Source: a virus
Taxonomy: Duplodnaviria > Caudoviricetes
Virus record (IMG/VR): IMGVR_UViG_3300005541_000010
Location: 825-64,824 of that record
Length of the DNA: 64,000 bases
Direction: 5' to 3' (one strand)
In this document: positions 44,753-54,527 of the stretch, one piece after another
How the letters are laid out: each line of letters begins with the position of its first letter
Numbering within the stretch: the stretch's first letter is position 1
Program-made: the position numbers and the translations under genes
Notes under the pieces: model-generated
The model's database searches: none
The model's input: only the letters and a program-made list of their open reading frames with translations
What the model was told of the DNA's origin: nothing

Positions 44753-45717
44753 TGATGCGTTACAAGGCGATGGCGCAGGCCGGCTCGCAGACTTTCAACG
44801 CGAGCGGCAATGCTTTGCTGCCGTGGAACGTCCACAACGTCACTTTCACGGGCGCGGGCGGCCAGGGTAATCCCGGCACTCCAGGCGGCGGTGGCAACCC
44901 TGGCACGGCCGGCCCAGGTGGTGTTGCCGGCAATTCCGGCGGCACGGGTGGTGGTGGTGGCACGGCTGGCAACGGCTCGCCACCGAGTGGTGGCGCGGCG
45001 GGCACGGGTGGCAACCCTGGCACGGCCGGCAGCGCCGGGTCCGGTTTGGCCGGTGGTAGTGGTGGACCGGGCGGCAATCCGAGCGCTGGGAGCGGCGGAG
45101 CAGGGGCGAACGGGAACAACATCGCGCCCGCGAACATCGGCAGCCCCGGCGGCGGTGGTGGCGGCGGCGCGAGTTCACCAGGCGGTAGTGGTGGCGCGGG
45201 CACACCGGGTGCCATCGGCAATTTCGGCAATCCCGGACCGAGCGGCAACCAGGGCAACGCCAGCACGTTCGGCCCGGTGGCAGCCTTCCCCGGTGGCCAC
45301 GGTGGTCCTGGCGGCGGCGCTGGATCGGGTGGCAACGCTGGAGGAGCCGGCAACGCCGGTAACCCCGGCAACCCCGCTGGCGCGGGTGGTGGTGGGGCGG
45401 GCGTGGGGCACAACAGTCCCAGCACCCCAGGCGCAGCCGGGAACCCCGGCAACGTGTCCGGTGCGGTGAACGGCAATGGCGGCACCTCGAACGGCTCGCC
45501 GACTAATCCCGGCAACGCCGGTACACCTGGCTCCGCAGGCAGTGCCGGGAATCCCGGCAACCCCGGCGGTCCCGGTGGTGCGGGCAACCCCGGCACGGCC
45601 GGCAGCCAGCCCATCACCAATGTGAATGCTGCGGTGACGCCGTATACGGTCTATACGGTCGCGATCGGCACGGGAGCGGCGCCTGGTATCGTCAACGCTT
45701 CGTGGGGGCGCCAATGA
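44749..45717 (+). CDS. Glycine-rich (GNPG / G-X-X) fibre or adhesin
   Basis: Long Gly-Asn-Pro-Gly and G-X-X repeats between short globular ends. Confidence 0.75.
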   Translation: MMMRYKAMAQAGSQTFNASGNALLPWNVHNVTFTGAGGQGNPGTPGGGGNPGTAGPGGVAGNSGGTGGGGGTAGNGSPPSGGAAGTGGNPGTAGSAGSGLAGGSGGPGGNPSAGSGGAGANGNNIAPANIGSPGGGGGGGASSPGGSGGAGTPGAIGNFGNPGPSGNQGNASTFGPVAAFPGGHGGPGGGAGSGGNAGGAGNAGNPGNPAGAGGGGAGVGHNSPSTPGAAGNPGNVSGAVNGNGGTSNGSPTNPGNAGTPGSAGSAGNPGNPGGPGGAGNPGTAGSQPITNVNAAVTPYTVYTVAIGTGAAPGIVNASWGRQ

Positions 45718-46049
45718 GCACGCTGGTCAACATCGACAGCGTGTTCCTCTACACCGATGGCGCGCCGGGGGAAGTGGGCGCATCCGCGACCTGCGCGGCC
45801 ATGCGCGCATTTCTTGTCACGCACGCGATCCCGTTTCAGGAGTTGTGGTACGCGGACCCCGCACAGTGGCCATCGGTCCACGCGGCCATCAGTTCCTGGA
45901 CGTTCGCGGGTGGCCCGGTGGCGGTCACACAGTTCCCGTATGTCCACTGGACCGAGCACTACGATGATGGGACGACACAACTGAACATCTGCACTAACCT
46001 CACCGCGCTGCCGACCAGCAACCTAGTGCCGCAGGTGGCCAGTGCGTAG
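45714..46049 (+). CDS. Glutaredoxin/thioredoxin-fold-like protein
   Basis: VFLYT...CAAMRAFL..HAIPFQE...QFPYV; weak resemblance only. Confidence 0.45.
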   Translation: MSTLVNIDSVFLYTDGAPGEVGASATCAAMRAFLVTHAIPFQELWYADPAQWPSVHAAISSWTFAGGPVAVTQFPYVHWTEHYDDGTTQLNICTNLTALPTSNLVPQVASA

Positions 46050-46731
46050 CCCGAAGCTCAAATTTTTGTGCTACGCGCAGGACCGCGGCGTGATCCCGCC
46101 GCCGTACCCGGCGCGTAAATTTGTGCCGGAGTGGTTCAAGGATCTCAAGCCCAAAGTCGGCGGCGACAACAAGCTCGAGAACAGCACGATCAAGCGCTGT
46201 CCGCCGTTCCTGGACGCGCTCACGGCGGGCTGGATCATCCCGCTCGCCGCGGATGTGGAGTTCGTGACCAACGGAGACGCCTCGGGCGTCACGTACAAGT
46301 GGCACTACTACCGCCCGATGGTCGAGAACCATACCGCCGCGCAGGTCGAGGGGCACGAAAGCCTGCCCAAGCCGCCGATGAAGTTCCTGAACTACTGGGC
46401 GATCAAGGCACCGCCCGGCTACAGTGTGCTGTTCGTGCCACCGCTGAACCGGCCGGACCCGCGTTTCCAGTGCCTGAGCGGCTTGGTTGATTGCGACCGT
46501 TACCTCGAGTTCGTGAACTTCCCGTTCTTCTTCCACGAGGCAAACTTCACCGGCGTCATCAAGCAAGGCACCCCATTGGTACAGGCTATTCCTATCCGGC
46601 GCGACGCGCTCTTGAAGGGATACACGGCGGATGTCTTCTGCGCGCGGGAACTGCAGGACCTCGAACTCACGCGTCGCAAGCGCCAGGCGCACGAGAGTCA
46701 CTACCGCGATCACTGCTGGGTACACAAATGA
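46042..46731 (+). CDS. Conserved phage protein often found with 2OG-Fe(II) oxygenases
   Basis: PEWFK...TIKRCPPFLDALTAGW.IP...KF.N.W.IK.PPGYS.LF..P.N...SG.VD.D. Confidence 0.65.
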   Translation: MRSPKLKFLCYAQDRGVIPPPYPARKFVPEWFKDLKPKVGGDNKLENSTIKRCPPFLDALTAGWIIPLAADVEFVTNGDASGVTYKWHYYRPMVENHTAAQVEGHESLPKPPMKFLNYWAIKAPPGYSVLFVPPLNRPDPRFQCLSGLVDCDRYLEFVNFPFFFHEANFTGVIKQGTPLVQAIPIRRDALLKGYTADVFCARELQDLELTRRKRQAHESHYRDHCWVHK

Positions 46732-47321
46732 GCGCTTATCAGTTCGCCCCGGCCCCCGATCTTTCCACCAACGAGCAGACCTATGCGACCTGGGAGAACG
46801 GCTTCACGGACGAGGAGCTGAACCGCATTGTCACACTCGGCGAAAGCCTCACGGCGAATCTGGCGGTCGTGAACGATGCGAAGACTGTGGACCTCGCGCT
46901 GCGCAAGGCGCGTACGGCCTGGATCGCCCTCACCGACAACAGCCAGTGGCTGTACGACCGGCTGACCTTCATCGCCCGCAAGCTCAACGGGCAGTTCTTC
47001 GACTTCGACCTGTATGGGTTTGTCGAGGATTTCCAGTTCACGATCTACGGCAACGACCGGGATCACTACACCTGGCACATGGACAAGGGGGTGTCCAACG
47101 CTCCACCGCGCAAGCTCTCGCTCGTGCTACAGCTATCAGACCCGGCGACCTACGAAGGCGGCGACCTCGAACTCATGTACGGTGCCACGATCACCACGGC
47201 CGCCAAGCAGCGCGGGCTCGTCTACGCCTTCCCGAGCTGGATCATGCACCGCGTCACGCCGGTGACCCGCGGCGTGCGCAAAACGCTGGTGGTGTGGATT
47301 TCCGGGCCGAAGTTCAAGTGA
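46728..47321 (+). CDS. 2OG-Fe(II) oxygenase, prolyl-4-hydroxylase-like
   Basis: HYTWHMD, RKLSLVLQLS, YEGGDL, FPSW..HRVTPVTRGVRKTLVVW. Confidence 0.92.
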   Translation: MSAYQFAPAPDLSTNEQTYATWENGFTDEELNRIVTLGESLTANLAVVNDAKTVDLALRKARTAWIALTDNSQWLYDRLTFIARKLNGQFFDFDLYGFVEDFQFTIYGNDRDHYTWHMDKGVSNAPPRKLSLVLQLSDPATYEGGDLELMYGATITTAAKQRGLVYAFPSWIMHRVTPVTRGVRKTLVVWISGPKFK

Positions 47322-47328
47322 GACGCTG

Positions 47329-48009
47329 ATGGCTACGGCAATGACCTTCAACACGCTGCAAACCGACCTGCAGGCGTACCTCGAGCGCGGGCAGGTCACG
47401 GACACCACCGTGCTGAACCAGCTGCCCCGGCTGATCAACAACGCCGAGCGGCGCATCTCGCGGGAACTGAAGATCCTCGGTTTTCAGCGCCCGATGAATA
47501 ACAGCTTCACCGCCGGCACCCCGATCATGCCCAAGCCCGATCGTTGGCGCGAAACCATCAGCTTCAACTACGGCAACTTCAACCCCGTCACCGGCATGTA
47601 CACGGTGCGTACGCCGATTTTCCAGCGCGCCTACGAGTTCGTGCGTGCCTATAACCCCGACGACAGCGTGACCGACAAGCCGCGCTTCTACGCCGATTAC
47701 GACTATAACAACTGGGTCGTGGCGCCGACCCCGGACCAGGCGTACCCGTTCGAGGTGCTGTACTGGGAAATGCCAGCGTTGCTCGACGCAGTGAACACGC
47801 AGAACTGGATTTCGATTTACGCGCCGGAGGTGCTCCTGTACTCCGCGCTCCTCGAGTGTGCGCCGTTCCTCAAGGACGACCAACGTATCCAGACCTGGGA
47901 AGGCGCCTTCACGACCGGCATGAAAGCGCTATCGAACGAGAACATTCAAGACATGGTGACGCGCAGCGCGCAGACGCATCAGCCCGTCGCCGGAGGCGCC
48001 GCAGCATGA
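47329..48009 (+). CDS. Tail adaptor/connector protein
   Basis: TFNTLQTDLQAYLER...INNAERRISREL, PRFYA.YD...V.PTPD..Y..E..Y, LLYSALLE. Confidence 0.75.
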   Translation: MATAMTFNTLQTDLQAYLERGQVTDTTVLNQLPRLINNAERRISRELKILGFQRPMNNSFTAGTPIMPKPDRWRETISFNYGNFNPVTGMYTVRTPIFQRAYEFVRAYNPDDSVTDKPRFYADYDYNNWVVAPTPDQAYPFEVLYWEMPALLDAVNTQNWISIYAPEVLLYSALLECAPFLKDDQRIQTWEGAFTTGMKALSNENIQDMVTRSAQTHQPVAGGAAA

Positions 48010-49247
48010 GTGGCCAGGGTTACGTATCCCCGCTGAATGCCGGTCTGACGGTGCTCCCGTCGCCGACCACGTTCCAGCAATACTCCGTCCAGGCCGGCGC
48101 AACGGTGCAGCTCGCGTGGCCGGTCGATAACGTCCCCGGCAATTCCACCGTTCTCGCGCTGTTGAACAACCTCAACCCGTTGGGCGCCGGCTGTATCGTG
48201 CAGATGCCCAACGCGCAGAACACCTCACTCGGTGAGAAGGGCCTGATTTTCAACTCCGGGTCGTCGCCCTTCAACGTCATCGACAGCGGCGGCAATGCAA
48301 TCGTCACCATCGCCAGCGGTGCCTGCTACTACCTGGCCCTCACGAACAATCTGACCCCCGGCGGGTCCTGGCTCGCCTTCCAGTTCGGGGCGGCGACGAC
48401 GAGCGCCAATGCCGCAGCCTTGGCCGGTGCGGGACTCGCCGCGCTGGGTCCGATGATCCAGCAGATCATGACCGTGACCACGCTGTCCACCAACTACAAC
48501 GTGGCGGCCACCGATCGCGACAACCTCCTGAACTGGGCCGGGGGCGCCGGCACTTACACGCTCCCCCTGGCGGCGAGCGTCGGCAACAACTTCTACATCC
48601 AGGTGCGCGACTCCGGTACCGGTTCGCTCGTCGTCGCCACCCAGGGCGCGGACCTGATCAATGGCGCGGCGAGTGTGACCTTCAACATCGCCGACTCCGC
48701 CTTTGTGGTCACCGACGGCGTGGGCTGGTTCACGATCGGCTTGGGCACCATCCAGACGAACATTTTCAACTTCCAGGTCGTATCACTGGCCGGACAGTCC
48801 GGCACCTACGTGCTGCCGGCGAATCAGCAAGGCAAGGTCGCCTACCGCTTCACCGGGGCACTCGCCGGTAACACCAACATCCAGGTTCCGACCACCATCC
48901 AGCAATACTGGGTGGACAATGAAACCACTGGCGGCTTCACGCTCGGCATCGGCACCGCTGCGCAGATCGGGGGCGCCACGCAGTTCACGATCACGAACGC
49001 CGCACGCTTCATCCTTTATTGCGACGCTTCGAATGTCCTGAACGCCAGCACCAGCGGCATCGGCGTGCCGATCAGCATTGCGCAGGGTGGGACGGCCGCG
49101 ACCACCGCATCCCAGGCGCTCACGAACCTGGGGGGGACTTCCCTTGGTGTGGCGCTCTTTGAGGCGACGAGCGTGGCCTCCGCACAGGCATCCTTGGCCG
49201 TCCTGTCGGCGTCCGACGCCTGGGCGATCACGTTGGGGGTGGGATGA
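48006..49247 (+). CDS. Tail fibre / needle-like structural protein
   Basis: 413 aa beta-rich, ending in ISIAQGGTAATTA...NLG fibre motif. Confidence 0.65.
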   Translation: MSGQGYVSPLNAGLTVLPSPTTFQQYSVQAGATVQLAWPVDNVPGNSTVLALLNNLNPLGAGCIVQMPNAQNTSLGEKGLIFNSGSSPFNVIDSGGNAIVTIASGACYYLALTNNLTPGGSWLAFQFGAATTSANAAALAGAGLAALGPMIQQIMTVTTLSTNYNVAATDRDNLLNWAGGAGTYTLPLAASVGNNFYIQVRDSGTGSLVVATQGADLINGAASVTFNIADSAFVVTDGVGWFTIGLGTIQTNIFNFQVVSLAGQSGTYVLPANQQGKVAYRFTGALAGNTNIQVPTTIQQYWVDNETTGGFTLGIGTAAQIGGATQFTITNAARFILYCDASNVLNASTSGIGVPISIAQGGTAATTASQALTNLGGTSLGVALFEATSVASAQASLAVLSASDAWAITLGVG

Positions 49248-50794
49248 GCTTTACCCCCTTTGCCCTGCAGTTCGAACCGGGCATTCAACGCGACAGCACG
49301 CTGTACTCAGCGCAGGCGTACACGGATGCACTCTGGTGTCGGTTCCAGTACGGACGCCCGCGCAAGATCGGCGGCTACAAGGCCCTCACGCCGAACCTGA
49401 CTGGCCTCTCACGCGCGCTCTTGGCACAGACGCAAAGCGGGCTGAGTTATGTGCATTCCGGCTTCGCCGCCGGCATCGAGTCAGTGCAGATCGACCAGTA
49501 CGGTACCGCGAGCATCCCGGCCGAGCGGACACCAGCTGGCTTCACGACCGACCCCAACAATGTCTGGCAGCTCGACACCTACTACGACATCGTGTCCGGG
49601 CAGCAGCAACTGCTGGCTTTCGTGGCGCCGGCCCTGTCCGACATCGCCTATGGAACGGCCACCGGGAAACTCTACTCGGGGCCCATCTATGCGACCACCG
49701 CGCTGGTGCTCGACACGGATGCCGCGATCGCCACGGACGCAACGGGCGGTGTGTGTGTGCTGCCGCCCTACACCATTCTGTACGGCTCAAATGGCCTCTT
49801 TCAGTGGTCGTTCCCGGCCAAGCCCTTGGTCTTCACGGATGATGGGTCGGGGAGCGCCGGAGCGGCGCGTGTGACCTCGCAGAAGATCGTGCGCGTGCTG
49901 CCGTTGCGCGGCGGCGGTGGCTTTACGCCGTCGGCGCTGGCGTGGTCACTGGATTCCTTGATCCGCGTGTACTTCATCGGCGCACCGCAGGGCTTCGCCT
50001 TCGACACGCTGAGCACGGACTCGAGCATCCTGTCGCACAACGCGGTGGTGGAGTCCGACGGGACCTTCTATTGGGCCGGCGTGGATCGCTTCTTGATGTT
50101 CAACGGCGTGATGCGCGAGCTCCCCAACACGCGCAACCTCAACTGGTTCTTCGACAATCTGAACCGACAGTACGCACAAAAGGTGTTCGCACTCAAGAAC
50201 TCGCGCTACGGGGAAATCTGGTTCTGTGCGCCGCTTTTTGGCGCCACCGAACCTAGCCACGCCGCGATCTTTAACTACCGTGAAAACACCTGGTACGACA
50301 CTCAGCTTCCCAACGGCGGGCGCTCGTTCGGCATCCAGAACGTCATCGCGGGCGGCAACTTCATGTCTGGTACCGCGCTGTACCAGGGCAGCACTTACCG
50401 CCTATGGCAGCACGAGACGGGCGTGGACGAGGTGGACGTGGGCAACACCAACGCCGTTCACAGTTACCACACCACCCCGGTGATCTCCACCGAGTCCTTC
50501 CAGATGCCGCAGGACCATAACCTGCATATCGACACGATCATCCCGGACATGGTGCAGACGGGCGCGATGACCCTCACCGCCAACGTACGTGGCAATGCGC
50601 GCGCACAATTCGCGCCCTTCACGAATGCCACCTTCCAGGCGCCCCCGGCCACCGGCAGCGCCCAGCAGGTACCGGTTCATGCCTCGGCGCGCCAGATTAC
50701 GCTCACGCTCGACAGTAACGTGCGCGGGGGCACTTACCAGGCCGGCAAACACATCGGTTACATTCAACCCGACCAGGGGCGTCGAACTCAGTAA
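49244..50794 (+). CDS. Tail hub / head-closure protein (P22 gp10-like beta propeller)
   Basis: PGIQRDST...W.RFQYGRPRKIGGY, FAF..LS.D..ILS...VVE.DG..YW.G...F.MFNG, YGEIWF. Confidence 0.8.
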   Translation: MSFTPFALQFEPGIQRDSTLYSAQAYTDALWCRFQYGRPRKIGGYKALTPNLTGLSRALLAQTQSGLSYVHSGFAAGIESVQIDQYGTASIPAERTPAGFTTDPNNVWQLDTYYDIVSGQQQLLAFVAPALSDIAYGTATGKLYSGPIYATTALVLDTDAAIATDATGGVCVLPPYTILYGSNGLFQWSFPAKPLVFTDDGSGSAGAARVTSQKIVRVLPLRGGGGFTPSALAWSLDSLIRVYFIGAPQGFAFDTLSTDSSILSHNAVVESDGTFYWAGVDRFLMFNGVMRELPNTRNLNWFFDNLNRQYAQKVFALKNSRYGEIWFCAPLFGATEPSHAAIFNYRENTWYDTQLPNGGRSFGIQNVIAGGNFMSGTALYQGSTYRLWQHETGVDEVDVGNTNAVHSYHTTPVISTESFQMPQDHNLHIDTIIPDMVQTGAMTLTANVRGNARAQFAPFTNATFQAPPATGSAQQVPVHASARQITLTLDSNVRGGTYQAGKHIGYIQPDQGRRTQ

Positions 50795-53700
50795 TGACCG
50801 CACTCGTCACAGCCGGCAACACCGCGGGCGCACTGCGCATGGTGTACGTCAATTCCGGGCCGTCTACCGCTGTCGTGAATACCGCGGCAGAGACCGTCTT
50901 TGACCAATATTTTACCTACCCCCTGCAATCGCAACGAGCGACGCTACCGACGACGCTTATCAGGCTGCGGACTTTCGGGATCTTTAGTACCGGACTTTTG
51001 AACCTGGGACTCACGTTGCGCCTACGGTGGGGTGGTGTCGCGGGCACGCTTCTGTGTAGCTCCGGGTCCTTATCACTCCAGGCATCAGCCTCCAATATTG
51101 GTTGGTCGGCCGAGGCACAAATCCTCATGCAGGCAGTCGGGCCGATTGGTGTCATCGAGGGGCAAGGTTACGCGGCCTTCGCGGCCGGAGCGTTGGCAAT
51201 CGCCGCACTACCGATGGCCAACGCGGGAACTTTTACTGTGGACACTACCGTCGCTTCTGATCTTGTGCTTACCGCGCAATGGGGAACAGCGGCCGCTGCA
51301 AACAGTATCCAATTACGAACCTGTGTCGTCGAAGTGGACGGCCCATAGAGGACTTCCAATGGCAATCCTTACCTACGCCGATAGCTACGCGGAATTGCAA
51401 GCCTTGTTCACGGCCACCTTCTCCGGTGCCTGGAACACCGTGGCGCAAAATGCCGCGGCCCCAGCCACGAACCTCTACGTGTCCTTGCACAATGCCGATC
51501 CTGGCCCGACCGGCTCGCAGACCACCTCAGAGACCGCGTACACGAACTACGCGCGCATCGCGGTGGCACGCACCACCGGCGGCTGGACAGTCACGCAGGG
51601 ATCGGGTACGACTTTTTCGAACGTCGTCAACGCCGCGACGATCAGTTTCGCCGCGTGCGGCGCGACTGGTGACACGCTCACCAACTGGGGCGTAGGTCTA
51701 TCATCCTCCGGGGCCGGTACTCTGCTCGCCTTCGGCCCCTTGGGTCCGGTAGCCGGTCCGGCGATCCCCTTCACCTGTACCAACGCCTCCCCTGGCGTCC
51801 TGACCGTATACGGCTACACCCCGGCGGCCAACGATCGGGTATGTGTATGGCAGTTGCCGGGCACAGAAGGATTGCCGACTGGACTCACGGAAGGCACCAC
51901 GTACTATGTCGGCACGGCCCCTGGCGGCCAGACGCTGACGCTTTCGACCACCACCGCGAACGGTAACCCGGTTAACACGACCTCCACCGGGTCGGGCATC
52001 CTCTACAAGCAATCTCCACTTATCGTGTCCAACGGCATCACGCCGAGCTTCGCGGCCGGGCAGTTCAGCATTCAGAAGGCATAGGAGCGCTTCGTCATGG
52101 CACAAGGTTTTTGGCAAACACTCGACACCCTGCAGCAGCCCGGCACGGCGATCGCGTCTACGAGCACACGTACCTCGATGACCGTGGGTTCCACACAGGG
52201 GCGTTTCACGCTGCCGGCGAACTCCATCAAGCAACTCGGGGACCAGCTCCTGCTTAAGGCGTCCGGGATAATCACTACCGTGGTCACCACCCCCGGTACG
52301 CTAACGCTTGACTTCGCGATGGCGACCGCGGCGAACGTGAGCACGGGCGCGATGACGCTTAACACGGTCGCGCAGACCAACACGCCCTGGCACTTGGAAA
52401 TCCTGATGACTGCCTTCGTGGTCGGCACGTCCGCGCAGTTCCGCTACACCGGCTACTGGCTGTCGCCGGCTTCGGTGAACGTGGCGTTGGGCGCGACCGG
52501 ACCCGGACCGGGCGGCCAGATCATCCCGTACTCCGGTACGGCGACGGGAGCATCGACCTTGGGCGTGGCGTTCGATTCGACAGTTTCGCAACTTACGGAC
52601 CTGTACTCGACATTCAGCGTGACGACCGCGAACTCAATCCAGCTCCTGGCGTACAGCCTCACGCTGATGACCGCGACCGGCTTCTAAGCCGGCCGGGCAC
52701 ACGCCCGGAGGTTTAAGTGGGCATCGCGTTCAAGTCCACGATCCCGTTCTGGGCGGCGACTTCGCCGGCCGCGAGCGCGGCGTTCACCCCTAATCCCGGC
52801 GACTTCTTCTTCGTCGTCGGCGTTACCGGCACTACCGGCACCGCCACGATCACGCAGGCGGCGAGCACCGGGCCGCCGATGCAGCAGGTATCCGGCGGTG
52901 GGCTGCCGAACTTCAACGACGGCTTCGCCGATACCTGGAGCCTGTGGTATCAGGCATCCGCGGCCGGCTCCTCGACCACCGTCACGCTCACCGCAAGCGG
53001 CGACACGATGCAGGGCATCGGCCTGGACTACGCCGGGGTCGCGGCGCTTAAAAATTCCTCGATCCTCGTCAAGGCCGCCCCCGGTACCGGAGCCGGGGCA
53101 CTCGTCGGCAGTGCGATCACCGTCAAGCCCGGCGACCTGCTCATCGTCGTCGTCGCGGACATTTCCGCGTCCGCCGGCACGATCACCGCCGCCAACGGCA
53201 GTCCGACCACACGCCTGTCCGGTACTGCCGCCGCTGGTCCGCTGACCAACTACGCGATCTTCGAATACGCCGGGACCGGGGCGGCTTTCACGCCCACCTT
53301 CACGGTCTCCGGGGGGTCCACGGATGACTATGTAGTCCTGCAATTCGCGCTGGTCGCCGCCTCAAGTTCGGCTCCTGGTCCGGCCGCGGGACGGCCGACG
53401 CTACGCCTGGGCACGCCGAACAGCCGTCTGCGCGGCAAGACCGAGACCAATAATGTCGGGCAGTTGGTCGCGCTCGCCGCGTCGATCACGGTCGCGACCG
53501 CCACGCTCATCGGCATCCCCGCGCAAGGCACCCAGTCCGTGCAACGGCCGGGGTTGCGGCTCACCACCCCGCTCAGTCTCTTGCGTGGTGTATTGGCCAC
53601 GAGCCAAGTCACCGGGAGCACCGGAACGCTTGCCGCGCTCGGCGCGAGTTCCACCGTCGGGTCCGCGGCGCTCACCGGCGCAGGTTCTTTGGACGCCTTG

Positions 53701-54414
53701 GCAGTCAGTTCAACTGCCGGTGAATCGACACTTACGGGCGTTGGTGCGCTCGCCGCGCTCGGTGCCTCGAGCACGGTCGGTGATGGAGGGGCCGCCGGCA
53801 GCGGTGCGCTCACGACCATCGTCATCACGGCGACCGCTGCCGAGGGAAGTATCACCGGCAGCGGCGCACTCGGGGCACTCGCGGTTAGCGACACGACGGG
53901 CGCTGCGGCCGCTGCCGGCGCCGGAACCTTGGCGACACTCGCGGCAACCGCGACTACGGGTGAGGGAGCACTGAGCGGTGCGGGAATGCTCAGCGCGCTG
54001 GCGACCAGCAGTACCGCAGGACCGGCCGCCGCGGCCGGTAGCGGGTCCCTGGGCACGCTGGCGATCTCGGCGATGGTCGGACACGGGCCACTGGCCACCG
54101 GCAACCCAGGGGCGATGTCGGCGCTGGGTATCTCATCGACTGCCTACGCCAAGCACAAGGCCGCCAAGCGCAAGGGGCGCTGCTGTTACCTGGTATCGCC
54201 AGCTGGGAAGACTCAGCAGGAGTGGACGGAGGCATTCGTGTACGCGAACTTGAGCGTGCTCGCACTCCCGCAACCTGGGCCTTTCGAGCAGTGGGCGGCG
54301 CAGGTGATACAGGAACCGCAACTGCAGCTGCTGCAACTGCCGACACCGGGGACGAACTGGGAGACGTGGGCCGAAGAACTCAACGCGGCGCTTGCGACCA
54401 CGGCGAGCTTCTAA
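50794..54414 (+). CDS. Fibre/adsorption cassette B: 50794-51348, 51359-52084, 52097-52687, 52717-54414
   Basis: 51359 gene has LYVSLHNADPG (paralogue of 37089); 52097 paralogue of 37797; last gene has A/G/S/T repeats and a Trp-rich C-terminal domain. Confidence 0.65.
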
Positions 54415-54483
54415 AGCCTTGACGGATGGGTCGCTAACGGTTATGAACGCGTAATCGTCGGCCCCGTGGGCGGACGTTCCTTT

Positions 54484-54525
54484 GGGCTGCGCCACCGCGC
54501 AGCGGCCCTCACTCAACTGAGGGCC
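54484..54525 (+). promoter_or_regulatory. 42-nt double-hairpin element, copy 2
   Basis: GCTGCG/CGCAGC plus GGCCCTCA-CTCAAC-TGAGGGCC, covering the SD of the TTG start at 54528. Confidence 0.7.
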
Positions 54526-54527
54526 AT

